This document shows, in pieces, positions 1 through 9,427 of a stretch of 32,000 nucleotides of DNA. Below the pieces are notes generated by a model, which searched no databases, was not told the origin of the DNA, and saw only the letters and a list, made by a program, of their open reading frames with translations. The translations under genes and the position numbers were made by a program. The DNA is from Mycolicibacterium smegmatis (GTDB lineage Bacteria; Actinomycetota; Actinomycetes; Mycobacteriales; Mycobacteriaceae). Each line of letters starts with the position of its first letter. Position 1 is the first letter of the stretch. The DNA lies in assembly GCF_001457595.1 (NCBI RefSeq), contig NZ_LN831039.1, positions 1,320,001 through 1,352,000 on the forward strand, given 5' to 3'.

Positions 1-168
1 TTGTCCGCTGCCTCCAACGCGAAGCCGAGACTTGCCAACATTGGCCCCAGGTGTTGGTCGACACTCGTATGGCTCACAGTGACCATTCTTCCTCGCATCG
101 AAAGTCCGAGGCGACTCGTGCGAAGTCGCGTCACGCTCCGGAGACCGCAGCCGACGAGGACTTGTGTT

Positions 169-438
169 TCACGCAGGCCCTCGCCGATCGAGAGGCCAGG
201 CTGAAAGGTAGACGCCGATGGCGTTGTCGATCGCCCTGCCGCGTTCGTTGGGTATGTGCTCGGGTCCGTAGTTGTCGCTCAACGCTTCTGAGAGCGCGTC
301 GATGAGCGCGTCGCTCTGTTCGATGGTGGGCCGCTCACACCTCTGAAGCAGATACAGAAGTTCCGGATTTCTCTGCGCGAGTTCACCTTCGATGACTGCA
401 CGGGCATCATCTGAGATTGCATCAAGGACACTGCTCAT
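169..438 (-). CDS. small hypothetical protein (89 aa, MSSVLDAISDDARAVIEGELAQRNPELL...)
   Basis: Internal ATG at 438-436 within a longer ORF; acidic, normal composition from that Met onward, GGAGGAGACC-like upstream sequence on the minus strand. Confidence 0.5.
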   Translation of the reverse strand: MSSVLDAISDDARAVIEGELAQRNPELLYLLQRCERPTIEQSDALIDALSEALSDNYGPEHIPNERGRAIDNAIGVYLSAWPLDRRGPA

Positions 439-598
439 GGTCTCCTCCATCCACCTCGGCGGGACGGGACTGGTGTATCGCGGCAGGCGTTCATGGCGGG
501 CGACAATGCAAAACCGCCACCACGTACACGAACGCGATTGCCGCTGCCGTGTGGGCGAGTATGCGACGCATCTCGTTCTGGATCTGATCATCGGCAAC

Positions 599-973
599 CT
601 ACGCCGGATCGGCATAGCGGCGTGGCTCGTTCGAGACCGCAGGCCGCTCGACGGGCGGTGCAATCGTGTGTTCGACCTTCGGTGCCTGATACCGATACTC
701 ATTCGGGATCTCCTCCACACGTGCCGGCAGTCCGTCATGCTCGTGCCCAGCCCACTGGATGGTATGAGGATCGAGAGGCTGCTCTGGAGGAAGTCCCGGC
801 CAATCCTCCTCGAGGTCGAGCAAGTAGTAGTACCGGACGGCTTCGTCCAGGTCTTGCCACGGTCCCGGGTTGATGATCGATTGCGTCGTATCGCGGACGA
901 GGCCCCATGGGGTGGGTGATGAAGACGCCGTGTACACCAGGTACATCTTCGTTCCGTGGGTCCACGCGTTCAC
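599..973 (-). CDS. hypothetical protein (about 124 aa, start uncertain)
   Basis: ORF with plausible globular composition (MYLVYTASSSPTPWGLVRDTTQSIINPGPWQDLDEAVRYYYLLDLEEDWPG...); same strand as the 169-438 ORF. Confidence 0.45.
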   Translation of the reverse strand: MNAWTHGTKMYLVYTASSSPTPWGLVRDTTQSIINPGPWQDLDEAVRYYYLLDLEEDWPGLPPEQPLDPHTIQWAGHEHDGLPARVEEIPNEYRYQAPKVEHTIAPPVERPAVSNEPRRYADPA

Positions 974-1437
974 TGGCCCTGTCGACAGTTGTCGGAGACA
1001 CTAGCATAATCAGGATGCGCGAGAGACATCCTGATTCACTGTTCACGCTGAACTGAGACGCGGTGAGACCCGGTTCGGGGCTGGTATCGAGTTGGCTCGG
1101 GCCTCAACTGCAAATTGGCCGTCTTCCCGAGCGCATTCGCAGAAATGTGTCAAACACAGTCCAAGGTATTCCTCGCCAAGAAGCGTTGCAGCTTAGTTGA
1201 TTTGGATAATCGGGGCGCCCCTCCGCGCAACCCGAGCCTTGGGTTCAGCACCGTGCCTCGAGCATGACCGAACCTATGGCGGCCTTGAGAAGGCCAACAC
1301 CACACGACGAAGCCAGCACCACACCCGCGATATCCGGCGGTAAGCGCCGCCCGTCGTTGTCGCGCAGCGGCGCTGCTGAAGATCGAGCACTTCGAGAGCG
1401 ATAGGACCAAGACTGCCCTCGGTGCCGACTGTGCCGC

Positions 1438-2058
1438 TCAGACGATCGGGTCCGGCCCCTTGCCGGTGGCAGCGGCGAAGCGCACCTGTACGTCTTGCCA
1501 GTTGACGACGTTCCAGATCGCCTTCACATAGTCGGCCTTGACGTTCTTGTACTGCAGGTAGTACGCGTGTTCCCACATGTCGACCAGCAACAGCGGGATG
1601 ATTCCCAGTGGGACATTTGCTTGCTGGTCGTACAACTGGAAGGTCAGCAGCCGGTCACCGAGGGTGTCGTAGCCCAACACCGCCCAGCCGGACCCCTGCA
1701 AACCGTTGGCGGCCGCGGTGAACTGCGCGCGAAAGTTGTCGAACGAGCCGAACTGGTCGTCGATCGCAGCCGCGAGATCCCCGGTCGGCTTGTCGCCACC
1801 GTGCGGGGACAGGTTCTTCCACCAGATCGTGTGGTTGACGTGCCCGCCGAGGTGGAACGCAAGGTTCTTCTCGTGCAGGAAGATCGCGCCGTGATCGCCG
1901 TTGGCGCGCGCTTCTTCAAGCTTGGCGATCGCGTCGTTGACGCCCTTGACGTAGGTGGCGTGGTGCTTGCTGTGGTGAATCTCGTTGATCTGTCCGGAGA
2001 TATGCGGTTCCAGGGCCGCATAGTCGTAATCGAGCTCGGGCAGGGTGTACTCAGCCAT
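1438..2058 (-). CDS. sodA: superoxide dismutase, Fe/Mn family
   Basis: Translation from internal ATG: [41 protein letters not shown]...[13 protein letters not shown]...[13 protein letters not shown]; canonical metal-binding motifs including DMWEHAYY. Confidence 0.97.
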   Translation of the reverse strand: MAEYTLPELDYDYAALEPHISGQINEIHHSKHHATYVKGVNDAIAKLEEARANGDHGAIFLHEKNLAFHLGGHVNHTIWWKNLSPHGGDKPTGDLAAAIDDQFGSFDNFRAQFTAAANGLQGSGWAVLGYDTLGDRLLTFQLYDQQANVPLGIIPLLLVDMWEHAYYLQYKNVKADYVKAIWNVVNWQDVQVRFAAATGKGPDPIV

Positions 2059-2209
2059 GGGTATCCTCTCGCGCTTGATGGACCTACACTCAGGATAGCT
2101 GTCCATCTTTACACATATACAGTTGGTAATGTATTTGTGGAAGTACCGCCCGTGCGATGGCGTACGCGGAAAGCCCGGAGTCACACCTACTTGAGTGGTC
2201 GATTCACCT

Positions 2210-2467
2210 ATGGCCGACGACGAGAAAACCCGTTGGGCGATTGACGTCATGACTGCGTGGCTCGACGACCGCGACGACGACCTGCTGCACGCCAGGATCG
2301 AGAGCTATCTGGGCGAGCCCGAGGGCGCTTCGGCGTTGGCGATCGGGCTTGTCAACTTGTCAGGGCTGCTGTTGATGGGCCTGGAGACGCTGATCGGCAA
2401 GGACGGGCAGGAAATCCTCCAGACCATCGCGATGACGGTCTCGCGTTCCAGCGCGGCCCCTGAGTGA
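2210..2467 (+). CDS. small hypothetical protein (85 aa)
   Basis: [75 protein letters not shown]; amphipathic, good codon composition. Confidence 0.6.
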   Translation: MADDEKTRWAIDVMTAWLDDRDDDLLHARIESYLGEPEGASALAIGLVNLSGLLLMGLETLIGKDGQEILQTIAMTVSRSSAAPE

Positions 2468-2520
2468 CTTCTCCGCGGGTGGTGGCCCCGGCGTCGGACC
2501 GGGGCCACCACCCGCAGGGA

Positions 2521-4803
2521 TCAGGCATCCGCTCGTGCTTCTCTGGCGGCATCGACCATGTTGCGCAGTGACTCGGTGACCTCGTCGGTCTTGCGGGTTT
2601 TCAGTCCGCAATCAGGGTTGACCCAAAGGCGTTCGGCAGGTACAGCTTTCAGTGCGTTCCGCAAGGCGGTCGCCATCTCCTCGGTGGTCGGAACGCGCGG
2701 GGAGTGGATGTCGTAGACTCCGGGGCCGACGCCGTTGCCGAACCCGGCGGCGTTGAGGTCGTCGAGCACCTCCATGTGCGACCGGGCGGCCTCGATCGAG
2801 GTCACGTCGGCATCGAGATCGGCGATCGCCCCGATCACCTCGCCGAACTCCGAGTAGCACAGGTGAGTGTGGATCTGGGTGGAGTCCTCGACCCCCGAGG
2901 TCGCCAATCGGAACGCCTCGACGGCCCATTTCAGGTACGCCGCTTGGTCTTTCGACCGCAGCGGGAGGAGTTCGCGCAAGGCGGGCTCGTCGACCTGGAT
3001 GATCACGATGCCCGCGGCCTGCAGATCGACGGTCTCGTCACGGATGGCGAGCGCGACCTGGGCGGCGGTATCGGCCAGCGGCTGGTCGTCGCGGACAAAC
3101 GACCACGCCAGGATGGTGACCGGTCCGGTGAGCATGCCTTTCATCGGCTTGTCGGTCAGCGACTGGGCATACTGCGCCCAGCTCACCGTCATCGGCTCTG
3201 GGCGCGCCACGTCGCCGTACAGAATCGGCGGACGCACGCACCGTGAGCCGTAGGACTGCACCCAGCCGTTCTCGGTCGCGAAGAAACCCGTCAGCTGTTC
3301 GGCGAAATACTGCACCATGTCGTTGCGCTCCGGCTCGCCGTGCACGAGCACGTCGAGGCCCAGGTCTTCCTGCAACTTCACCACCCCCGCGATCTCGTGT
3401 TTCATCCGCCTCTCGTACTCGGCGGTGTCGATGGTGCCGTTGCGCAGTTCGGCGCGGGCCACGCGGATGGCCGACGTCTGCGGGTACGACCCGATCGTGG
3501 TCGTCGGGAGCGGGGGCAGGCCCAGCCGGTCCTGCTGAACCTCCCGCCGGCGTGCGGCCGGGCCGCGCTGGGCGCCCGAGGCAAGGATCGACGAGAGCCG
3601 TTCCCGCACGTGATCGTTGTTGAGTCGCGGGTCGGACTTGCGTGCGGCGATCGCGTCGTTGGATGCGGCGATCTCACCGGCGATGGCTTCGCGTCCCTGC
3701 GTGAGGCCGCGCGCCAGCGCGACGACCTCGGTGACCTTCTCGAACCCGAAGGCCAGCCAGCTGCGCAGTGCAGGGTCGAGCTCCGACTCGGCGTCGAGGG
3801 TGTAGGGCACATGCAGTGTCGAGCACGACGTGGAGACGGCGAGGTTGCCGACGGACCCCAGTAGTGACGCCAATGTCCCCAGAGCCGACTGCAGGTCGGT
3901 GCGCCAGATGTTGCGGCCGTCCACGACGCCGGCAACCACGGTCTTGGTCGTGAGTTCCGGCACGGCGGCCACCGCAGCGGCGGTCCCGGCCACCAGGTCG
4001 ACGCCGATCGCCTCGACCGGCGTGCGGGCCAGTGCCGGCAGCGCGTCGGTGAGCTCACCGAAGTAGCTCGCGACGAACAGAGCGGGCCGCTTCGCCAGCC
4101 CGCCGAGGACCTTGTAGGTCTGCCCGGCCAGCTCGGCCGCGTTGTCGAGGATGTCGGTGACCAGCACGGGCTCGTCGATCTGCACCCACTGCACGCCCTC
4201 GTCGGCGAGCAGCTCCAACAGTTGGCCGTACACGCTCACCAGCTCGCCGAGTCGGGAGATCGGAGCAACGGCCCCGCCGACGGCCTTGCTCAGCGCCAGG
4301 AATGTGATGGGTCCGACCACGACCGGGCGTGCTGGAATACCGAGTGCCCGTGCCTCTCTCAGCTCTTCGATGACTTTGGCAGGGTGGAGGGCGAAGCTGG
4401 TGTCGGGACCGAGTTCGGGGACGATGTAGTGGTAGTTGGTGTCAAACCACTTGGTCATCTCCAGTGGAGCGATGTCGGTGCCGTCGTAGGTGCCGCCTCG
4501 CGCGGCGGCGAAGTAGCGGTCCAGATCGTCGGCTACCCCGGCCACGCGGGGAGGCAAAGCGCCGACCAGAACGGCGGTGTCGAGCACGTGGTCGTAGTAG
4601 GAGAAGGTGTTCACCGGAACGGAATCCAGCCCGGCGGCGGTCAGCGATTCCCAGGTGTCGCGGCGGATCTTGGCCGCGACCGACTCCAGTCCGCTGCGGT
4701 CAAGGTTTCCGGCCCAGTACTTCTCGACGGCGCGCTTGAGTTCGCGATTCGGGCCGATACGGGGCGATCCGAGGATGGTGGCGGTGAACGGTGTTGCGGT
4801 CAT
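2521..4803 (-). CDS. metE: cobalamin-independent methionine synthase (5-methyltetrahydropteroyltriglutamate-homocysteine S-methyltransferase)
   Basis: [32 protein letters not shown]...; C-terminal domain with [52 protein letters not shown]. Confidence 0.98.
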   Translation of the reverse strand: MTATPFTATILGSPRIGPNRELKRAVEKYWAGNLDRSGLESVAAKIRRDTWESLTAAGLDSVPVNTFSYYDHVLDTAVLVGALPPRVAGVADDLDRYFAAARGGTYDGTDIAPLEMTKWFDTNYHYIVPELGPDTSFALHPAKVIEELREARALGIPARPVVVGPITFLALSKAVGGAVAPISRLGELVSVYGQLLELLADEGVQWVQIDEPVLVTDILDNAAELAGQTYKVLGGLAKRPALFVASYFGELTDALPALARTPVEAIGVDLVAGTAAAVAAVPELTTKTVVAGVVDGRNIWRTDLQSALGTLASLLGSVGNLAVSTSCSTLHVPYTLDAESELDPALRSWLAFGFEKVTEVVALARGLTQGREAIAGEIAASNDAIAARKSDPRLNNDHVRERLSSILASGAQRGPAARRREVQQDRLGLPPLPTTTIGSYPQTSAIRVARAELRNGTIDTAEYERRMKHEIAGVVKLQEDLGLDVLVHGEPERNDMVQYFAEQLTGFFATENGWVQSYGSRCVRPPILYGDVARPEPMTVSWAQYAQSLTDKPMKGMLTGPVTILAWSFVRDDQPLADTAAQVALAIRDETVDLQAAGIVIIQVDEPALRELLPLRSKDQAAYLKWAVEAFRLATSGVEDSTQIHTHLCYSEFGEVIGAIADLDADVTSIEAARSHMEVLDDLNAAGFGNGVGPGVYDIHSPRVPTTEEMATALRNALKAVPAERLWVNPDCGLKTRKTDEVTESLRNMVDAAREARADA

Positions 4804-4943
4804 GAGGACGTCCTCTTCGGTACGGCGGAAGGCCATCGCCTTGAGACGTCGAACCGAACGCGGCTGACCACGACAGGTCTACCGATTCGGCCAATGCCCA
4901 TTCCACGAGGCGATGAACCACCGGACGCGGCGCATCCGGTACG

Positions 4944-5110
4944 GCTGGCAGGTCTTCGGACTCACAGGCGCGTGCGCTGACGCACACCTACTGGCCGTCG
5001 CTTCCCAGCCCCTAGGCGGGGCCAGTGCTGATGACGGCGGTCGTTCCTGCATACCGCTGCGGGACAGTCCCGGATTTTCACCGGGTTCCCTCTCGTTCCG
5101 CACCTGTGAC
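4944..5110 (-). promoter_or_regulatory. cobalamin (B12) riboswitch upstream of metE
   Basis: Minus-strand sequence contains GGGAACCCGGTGAAAATCCGGGACTGTCCCGCAGCGG ... CTGGGAAGCGACGGCCAGTAGG ... GAGTCCGAAGACCTGCCAGCC, the conserved cobalamin aptamer blocks in order, about 140 nt upstream of the metE ATG. Confidence 0.93.
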
Positions 5111-5190
5111 AGCACACGGAACTCGATGGCCGGTACGGGCGTTCGTCGAGCGCCTGTAGCGGACAAACCAGCTGCGGCTGCAGCGTACCT

Positions 5191-5868
5191 CTACCGGGCT
5201 GTCGGCAGCGACCCTGACCGATGGTCGTTTCGGCGGTCCAGCCAGTCGGCCAGGGATCGGCCGGCTTCCAGGACGTGGTGCTCGGCGATGACCCGCGCGT
5301 GGTCGGCGTCACGTTTCTCCAGTGCGTCGAGGAGCTCTTCGTGCTCGGACAGCGAGTGTTTCTCGTGCTCGGGGAACAGGACCAGGAAGTTGGTGGGGAC
5401 CACGCGTGCCGCCTGCTTGATCGCAGCGAGCAGCCTTGGGGAATGGGCGGCGCGGTGAATGGCTTGGTGGAAACGCCAATTCGCTTCGCCGATGGCGTCG
5501 TCGCCGGAGTGTTCGGCGACGCCGGCCGCCAATGCCCGCAGCTGGTCGAGTTCTTCGTCGGTGACGCGTTCGGCGGCCCAGGCCGCCGCCTGTCCGGTGA
5601 GGACGCCGAGGATTGTGAAGCTGTCGAGGACGTCGGCCGAGCTGATGCCGATCACCGTGATGCCACTGCGCGGGGCCACGCGAACCAGGCCCTCGAACGA
5701 CAGCTCGAGCAACGCCTCGCGTACCGGCGTGCGACTGGTGGCGAACTCGGCGGTAATCGCATCCAGGTCGATTCGGGTGCCCGCAGGTAACGCGCCGGTG
5801 AGAATGCGGTCGCGGAGCTCACGGGCGGCGCGTTCGCGCACCGTTCCGCCGATGTCCATGCCGACCAC
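5191..5868 (-). CDS. GntR family transcriptional regulator with FCD-type ligand domain
   Basis: RERAARELRDRILTGALPAGTRIDLDAITAEFATSRTPVREALLELSFEGLV (wHTH) followed by an alpha-helical FCD domain with FHQAIHRAAHSPRL. Confidence 0.9.
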   Translation of the reverse strand: MVGMDIGGTVRERAARELRDRILTGALPAGTRIDLDAITAEFATSRTPVREALLELSFEGLVRVAPRSGITVIGISSADVLDSFTILGVLTGQAAAWAAERVTDEELDQLRALAAGVAEHSGDDAIGEANWRFHQAIHRAAHSPRLLAAIKQAARVVPTNFLVLFPEHEKHSLSEHEELLDALEKRDADHARVIAEHHVLEAGRSLADWLDRRNDHRSGSLPTAR

Positions 5869-5891
5869 CCGACGATCCTAGCAAGCTACAC

Positions 5892-5928
5892 ATCTAACGT
5901 TTGAAATCTGATATATCAGGTGTTAGAT
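5892..5928. promoter_or_regulatory. candidate operator in the divergent intergenic region between the GntR gene and the monooxygenase operon
   Basis: Perfect 12-bp palindrome CTGATATATCAG (5908-5919) flanked by ATCTAAC (5892-5898) and its inverse GTTAGAT (5922-5928). Confidence 0.5.
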
Positions 5929-5936
5929 TGCAATGC

Positions 5937-7298
5937 ATGGGTCAGCGTCGCACCGACAAGATGTCTCTCGTTGCTTTCATGCAGGCGGGAAGCGCCTCCG
6001 TGTATGCCGGATCCTGGCGCCACCCCGCCACCGAACACGGCTATCTCGACGCGGCGTACTACGCCAAGGTCGGGCGGCAGCTGGAGGAAGGCTGCTTCGA
6101 TCTGATGTTCTTCGACGACCGACTTGCGATGCCCGGCATCTACGGCGGTTCGGTCGCCGAAGCGGTCCGATACGGCGCGCGCCCAGTCAAACTCGACCTC
6201 AGCGTCATCCTCGGCGTACTCGCCCAAGCGACATCGCACATCGGCCTCGGCGCCACCTATTCGACGACGTACTACCAGCCGTTCCACGTCGCACGGACGT
6301 TCGCCAGCCTGGATCACCTGTCGCGCGGAAGGGCCGCATGGAATGTGGTGACCTCCGTCAACGACAGTGAGGCCCAGAATTTCGGCGTCGACGCCCATCT
6401 GGGCCACGACGAACGCTATGACCGCGCAGATGAGTTCCTCGACGTGGTCACCGGACTGTGGGACACCTGGGACGACGACGCCATCCGGCACGACCGGGCC
6501 GGTGGCATGTATGCCGACCCCGACAAGGTGCACGAACTCCGGCACCAGGGCAAATACTTCTCGGCTCGCGGACCGCTGACGGTACCCCGGACTCCGCAGG
6601 GCCGGCCGGTCATCCTGCAGGCCGGGTCCTCGGGACGGGGACGCGACTTCGCCTCCCGCTGGGCGGAATTGATCTTCACCGGCGATCCCGGCCTGGCGAT
6701 CGCACGAGAGCACTACGCCGACCAGAAGGCTCGTATCGCCGAAGCTGGACGCAACCCGTCGGCCGTGCGCATCTGCCCGATGGTCTATGCCGTGGTCGGC
6801 GAGAGCGAGTCGCACGCCAAGGAACGTGAGGCGATGTTCCTCCATGACCTCGTCGACCCGATGGCGTCGCTCACGCTGCTGTCGGAACTGATGAACTACG
6901 ACTTCGCTGCGCATGGCCTGGATGATCCGGTGACCGACGAGCTGATCGCGTCGGTGTCGGGGGTCAGGGGGCTGGTGCAGAACATCCGTAACCACATCGG
7001 CGGGGATACGGTGACGGTGCGTGACCTCGCCGGGCATCGGGCGACGCTGCTGCAAGGTCCCCGCTTCGTCGGGACCGGCCCCCAGGTAGCCGACCAGATG
7101 GCCGAGTGGTTCGAGGCGCAGGCCTGCGACGGGTTCGTCCTGGCCGCCACGCACATGCCCGGAGCATTCGAAGACGTGGTGCGCATGGTGGTGCCGGAAC
7201 TGCAGCGGCGCGGGCTGTTCCGCAGTGCCTACGAGGCGTCGACCCTGCGCGGGCACCTCGGATTGGAGCGGCCCGCATCGACCCGATTGAGCGCGTAG
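5937..7298 (+). CDS. FMN-dependent monooxygenase, NtaA/SnaA/DszA (bacterial luciferase-like) family
   Basis: MSLVAFMQAGSASVYAGSWRHPATEHGYLDAAYYAKVGRQLEEGCFDLMFFDDRLAMPG...SLDHLSRGRAAWNVVTSVNDSEAQNFG...PRTPQGRPVILQAGSSGRGRDFASRWAE. Start may be at 5937 or 5958. Confidence 0.92.
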   Translation: MGQRRTDKMSLVAFMQAGSASVYAGSWRHPATEHGYLDAAYYAKVGRQLEEGCFDLMFFDDRLAMPGIYGGSVAEAVRYGARPVKLDLSVILGVLAQATSHIGLGATYSTTYYQPFHVARTFASLDHLSRGRAAWNVVTSVNDSEAQNFGVDAHLGHDERYDRADEFLDVVTGLWDTWDDDAIRHDRAGGMYADPDKVHELRHQGKYFSARGPLTVPRTPQGRPVILQAGSSGRGRDFASRWAELIFTGDPGLAIAREHYADQKARIAEAGRNPSAVRICPMVYAVVGESESHAKEREAMFLHDLVDPMASLTLLSELMNYDFAAHGLDDPVTDELIASVSGVRGLVQNIRNHIGGDTVTVRDLAGHRATLLQGPRFVGTGPQVADQMAEWFEAQACDGFVLAATHMPGAFEDVVRMVVPELQRRGLFRSAYEASTLRGHLGLERPASTRLSA

Positions 7299-8498
7299 AT
7301 GACACCGAACGCGATGCTCGAGGGAGTCCGAGTCCTGGATTTCGCCACGCTGGCCGCCGCCCCGCTGGCCGCGACGTACCTCGGGGAGTTCGGCGCCGAG
7401 GTGATCAAGGTCGAGCAGCCACATCACGGCGACCCGATCCGGACCTGGGGCAACCAGCGCGACGGGATCGGCCTGATGTGGAAGTCGGTATCGCGGAACA
7501 AGAAGTCGATCACTCTCGACTTGCGCAGCGCCGAGGGCCAGGCGCTGGCTCACCGACTGGTCGAGCATGCCGACGTGGTCGTCGTCAACACCCGCCCGCA
7601 GACACTGGCGCGGTGGAACATGAGCTACGAGACCCTACGCCGGATCAACGACCAGATCGTCATGCTGCACATCACCGGCTACGGACTGTCCGGTCCGAAG
7701 GCCGAGCGGCCGGGCTTCGGCACCCTCGGTGAGGCGATGAGCGGGTTCGCCCATCTCACCGGTGAGGCGGACGGTCCACCGACCCTGCCGCCGTTCATGC
7801 TGGCCGACGGGGTGGCGTCGCTGAACGCCGCATACGCCGTGATGATGGCGCTGTATCACCGCGACGTACACGGCGGCGACGGTCAGCTGATCGACATCAA
7901 TCTCATCGACCCGCTGGCCCGGCTGCTGGAGCAGACACTCCTGGGCTACGACCAATTGGGGCTGGTGCCTATGCGTGCCGGAAACCGCTGGGACATCTCG
8001 GCGCCACGCAACACCTATCAGACCGCCGACGGCAAGTGGCTGGCGATGTCGGGAAGCTCACCGGCACTGGCACTTCGGGTGTTCAAGGCCATCGGGCGTG
8101 CCGACCTCGTCAGCGACGCCGACTTCTCCGACCCGCAGCGCCGGCTGGCGCGGGCGAGGGAAGTCGATGCCGTCGTCGCGGAGTGGGTGGCCACCAAGAC
8201 CCTCGCGGAGGCGATGGCGGTGTTCGACAACGCGGAGGTGGCCGCGGCCCCGGTCTACGACATCGAGGGCCTGGTCGCCGATGAGCAGCTGCGCCACCGC
8301 GGCATATTCGTGGCTGTAGAGGACAGCCAGTTGGGCCGCGTGACGGTGCAGGCACCGGTGCCGCGGTTCTCGGACAGCGACGGACGCATCGACCACCTCG
8401 GCCCGGCCCTGGGCGAACACAACGACGAGATCTACGGAAACCTGTTGGGCCTGTTGCCGGCCGAACTCGACGAACTGCGCGCCCGAGGCGTGCTCTGA
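7299..8498 (+). CDS. CaiB/BaiF family CoA-transferase (type III)
   Basis: LEGVRVLDFATLAAAPLAATYLGEFGAEVIKVEQPHHGDPIRTWG...SVSRNKKSITLDLRSAEGQALAHRLVEHADVVVVNTRP; abuts the upstream stop codon. Confidence 0.95.
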   Translation: MTPNAMLEGVRVLDFATLAAAPLAATYLGEFGAEVIKVEQPHHGDPIRTWGNQRDGIGLMWKSVSRNKKSITLDLRSAEGQALAHRLVEHADVVVVNTRPQTLARWNMSYETLRRINDQIVMLHITGYGLSGPKAERPGFGTLGEAMSGFAHLTGEADGPPTLPPFMLADGVASLNAAYAVMMALYHRDVHGGDGQLIDINLIDPLARLLEQTLLGYDQLGLVPMRAGNRWDISAPRNTYQTADGKWLAMSGSSPALALRVFKAIGRADLVSDADFSDPQRRLARAREVDAVVAEWVATKTLAEAMAVFDNAEVAAAPVYDIEGLVADEQLRHRGIFVAVEDSQLGRVTVQAPVPRFSDSDGRIDHLGPALGEHNDEIYGNLLGLLPAELDELRARGVL

Positions 8499-8515
8499 CC
8501 GATGGAAGAAGACCT

Positions 8516-9427
8516 GTGACCAATCTGCTGCGCCGCTCCGAACTCGCGTTGCCGGCTTGCAACGACCACATGTTCGACAAGGGCGTCACGTGCGGCGCCG
8601 ATCTGGTGTTCCTGGATCTGGAGGACGCCACACCGGTGGGGCTCAAGGTGGAATCGCGTGCCAAGGCCATTCACGCGCTGACCCAGCTCGACTGGGGCCG
8701 CACCGCGCGCGCTGTCCGGATCAACGGCCTCGATACCGAATGGTGCCATGACGACATCATCGAGATCCTCACACATGCAGGAGATCACCTCGACACCATT
8801 GTGATCCCGAAGGCCAAGACGGCGCGGGATGTGTGGTGGGTCGACGTCCTGCTGACCCAGCTGGAGGCGAAGCTCGGTCTGGACAAGACGATCCGCCTCG
8901 AAGTCCTGATCGAGGAGGTCGAGGGACTGGCCAACGCCGAGGACATTGTGCGGGCCAGTCCCCGGTTGGATGCGGTGATCTTCGGCGTCGGGGACTTCTC
9001 TCTGTCGCAGGGTGCCCGGGTGGACACCAACTTCGACCCGCTCGGCGAGTATCCCGGCGACTTCTGGGTCTATGCACGCAACAAGATCATGGTGGCGGCC
9101 CGCATCGCGGGGATCGACGCGATCGACTCACCGTATCCGGATTACCGGAACCTGGAGGGATACGAGCGGGACGCCCGACGGTCCTCGTTGATGGGTTACA
9201 CCGGAAAGTGGGCCATCCATCCCGACCAGGTGCCGATCGCCAACGAGGTCTACGCGCCCACTACCGACGAGATCGCCCGCGCCGAGCGTAATGTCGCCGC
9301 GTACCGGGAAGCAGAGGCCAAGGGTCGGGGCGCCGTCGGCGTCGAGGGCGTGCTGGTGGACGCCGCGCACGTCAAGATGGCCGAGGAGACTCTGGCCCGG
9401 GCGGCACTGATCAGCGGGGGTCGTTGA
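8516..9427 (+). CDS. HpcH/HpaI-fold CitE-like lyase (malyl-/methylmalyl-/citramalyl-CoA lyase family)
   Basis: RRSELALPACNDHMFDKGVTCGADLVFLDLEDATPVGLKVESRAKAIHAL...VRINGLDTEW...LEVLIEEVEGLANAEDIVRASPRLDAVIFGVGDFSLSQG...GKWAIHPDQVPIANEVYAPT. Confidence 0.9.
   Translation: MTNLLRRSELALPACNDHMFDKGVTCGADLVFLDLEDATPVGLKVESRAKAIHALTQLDWGRTARAVRINGLDTEWCHDDIIEILTHAGDHLDTIVIPKAKTARDVWWVDVLLTQLEAKLGLDKTIRLEVLIEEVEGLANAEDIVRASPRLDAVIFGVGDFSLSQGARVDTNFDPLGEYPGDFWVYARNKIMVAARIAGIDAIDSPYPDYRNLEGYERDARRSSLMGYTGKWAIHPDQVPIANEVYAPTTDEIARAERNVAAYREAEAKGRGAVGVEGVLVDAAHVKMAEETLARAALISGGR

Noticed and set aside
1495-2244. Long + strand ORF opposite sodA
   Set aside because: Antisense shadow of a confidently identified SOD gene; high-GC third-position bias produces mirror ORFs.
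4912-5458. ORFs covering the metE leader (4913..5458 + and 4962..5312 -)
   Set aside because: They run through the cobalamin aptamer and have low-complexity composition; the RNA element explains the conservation.
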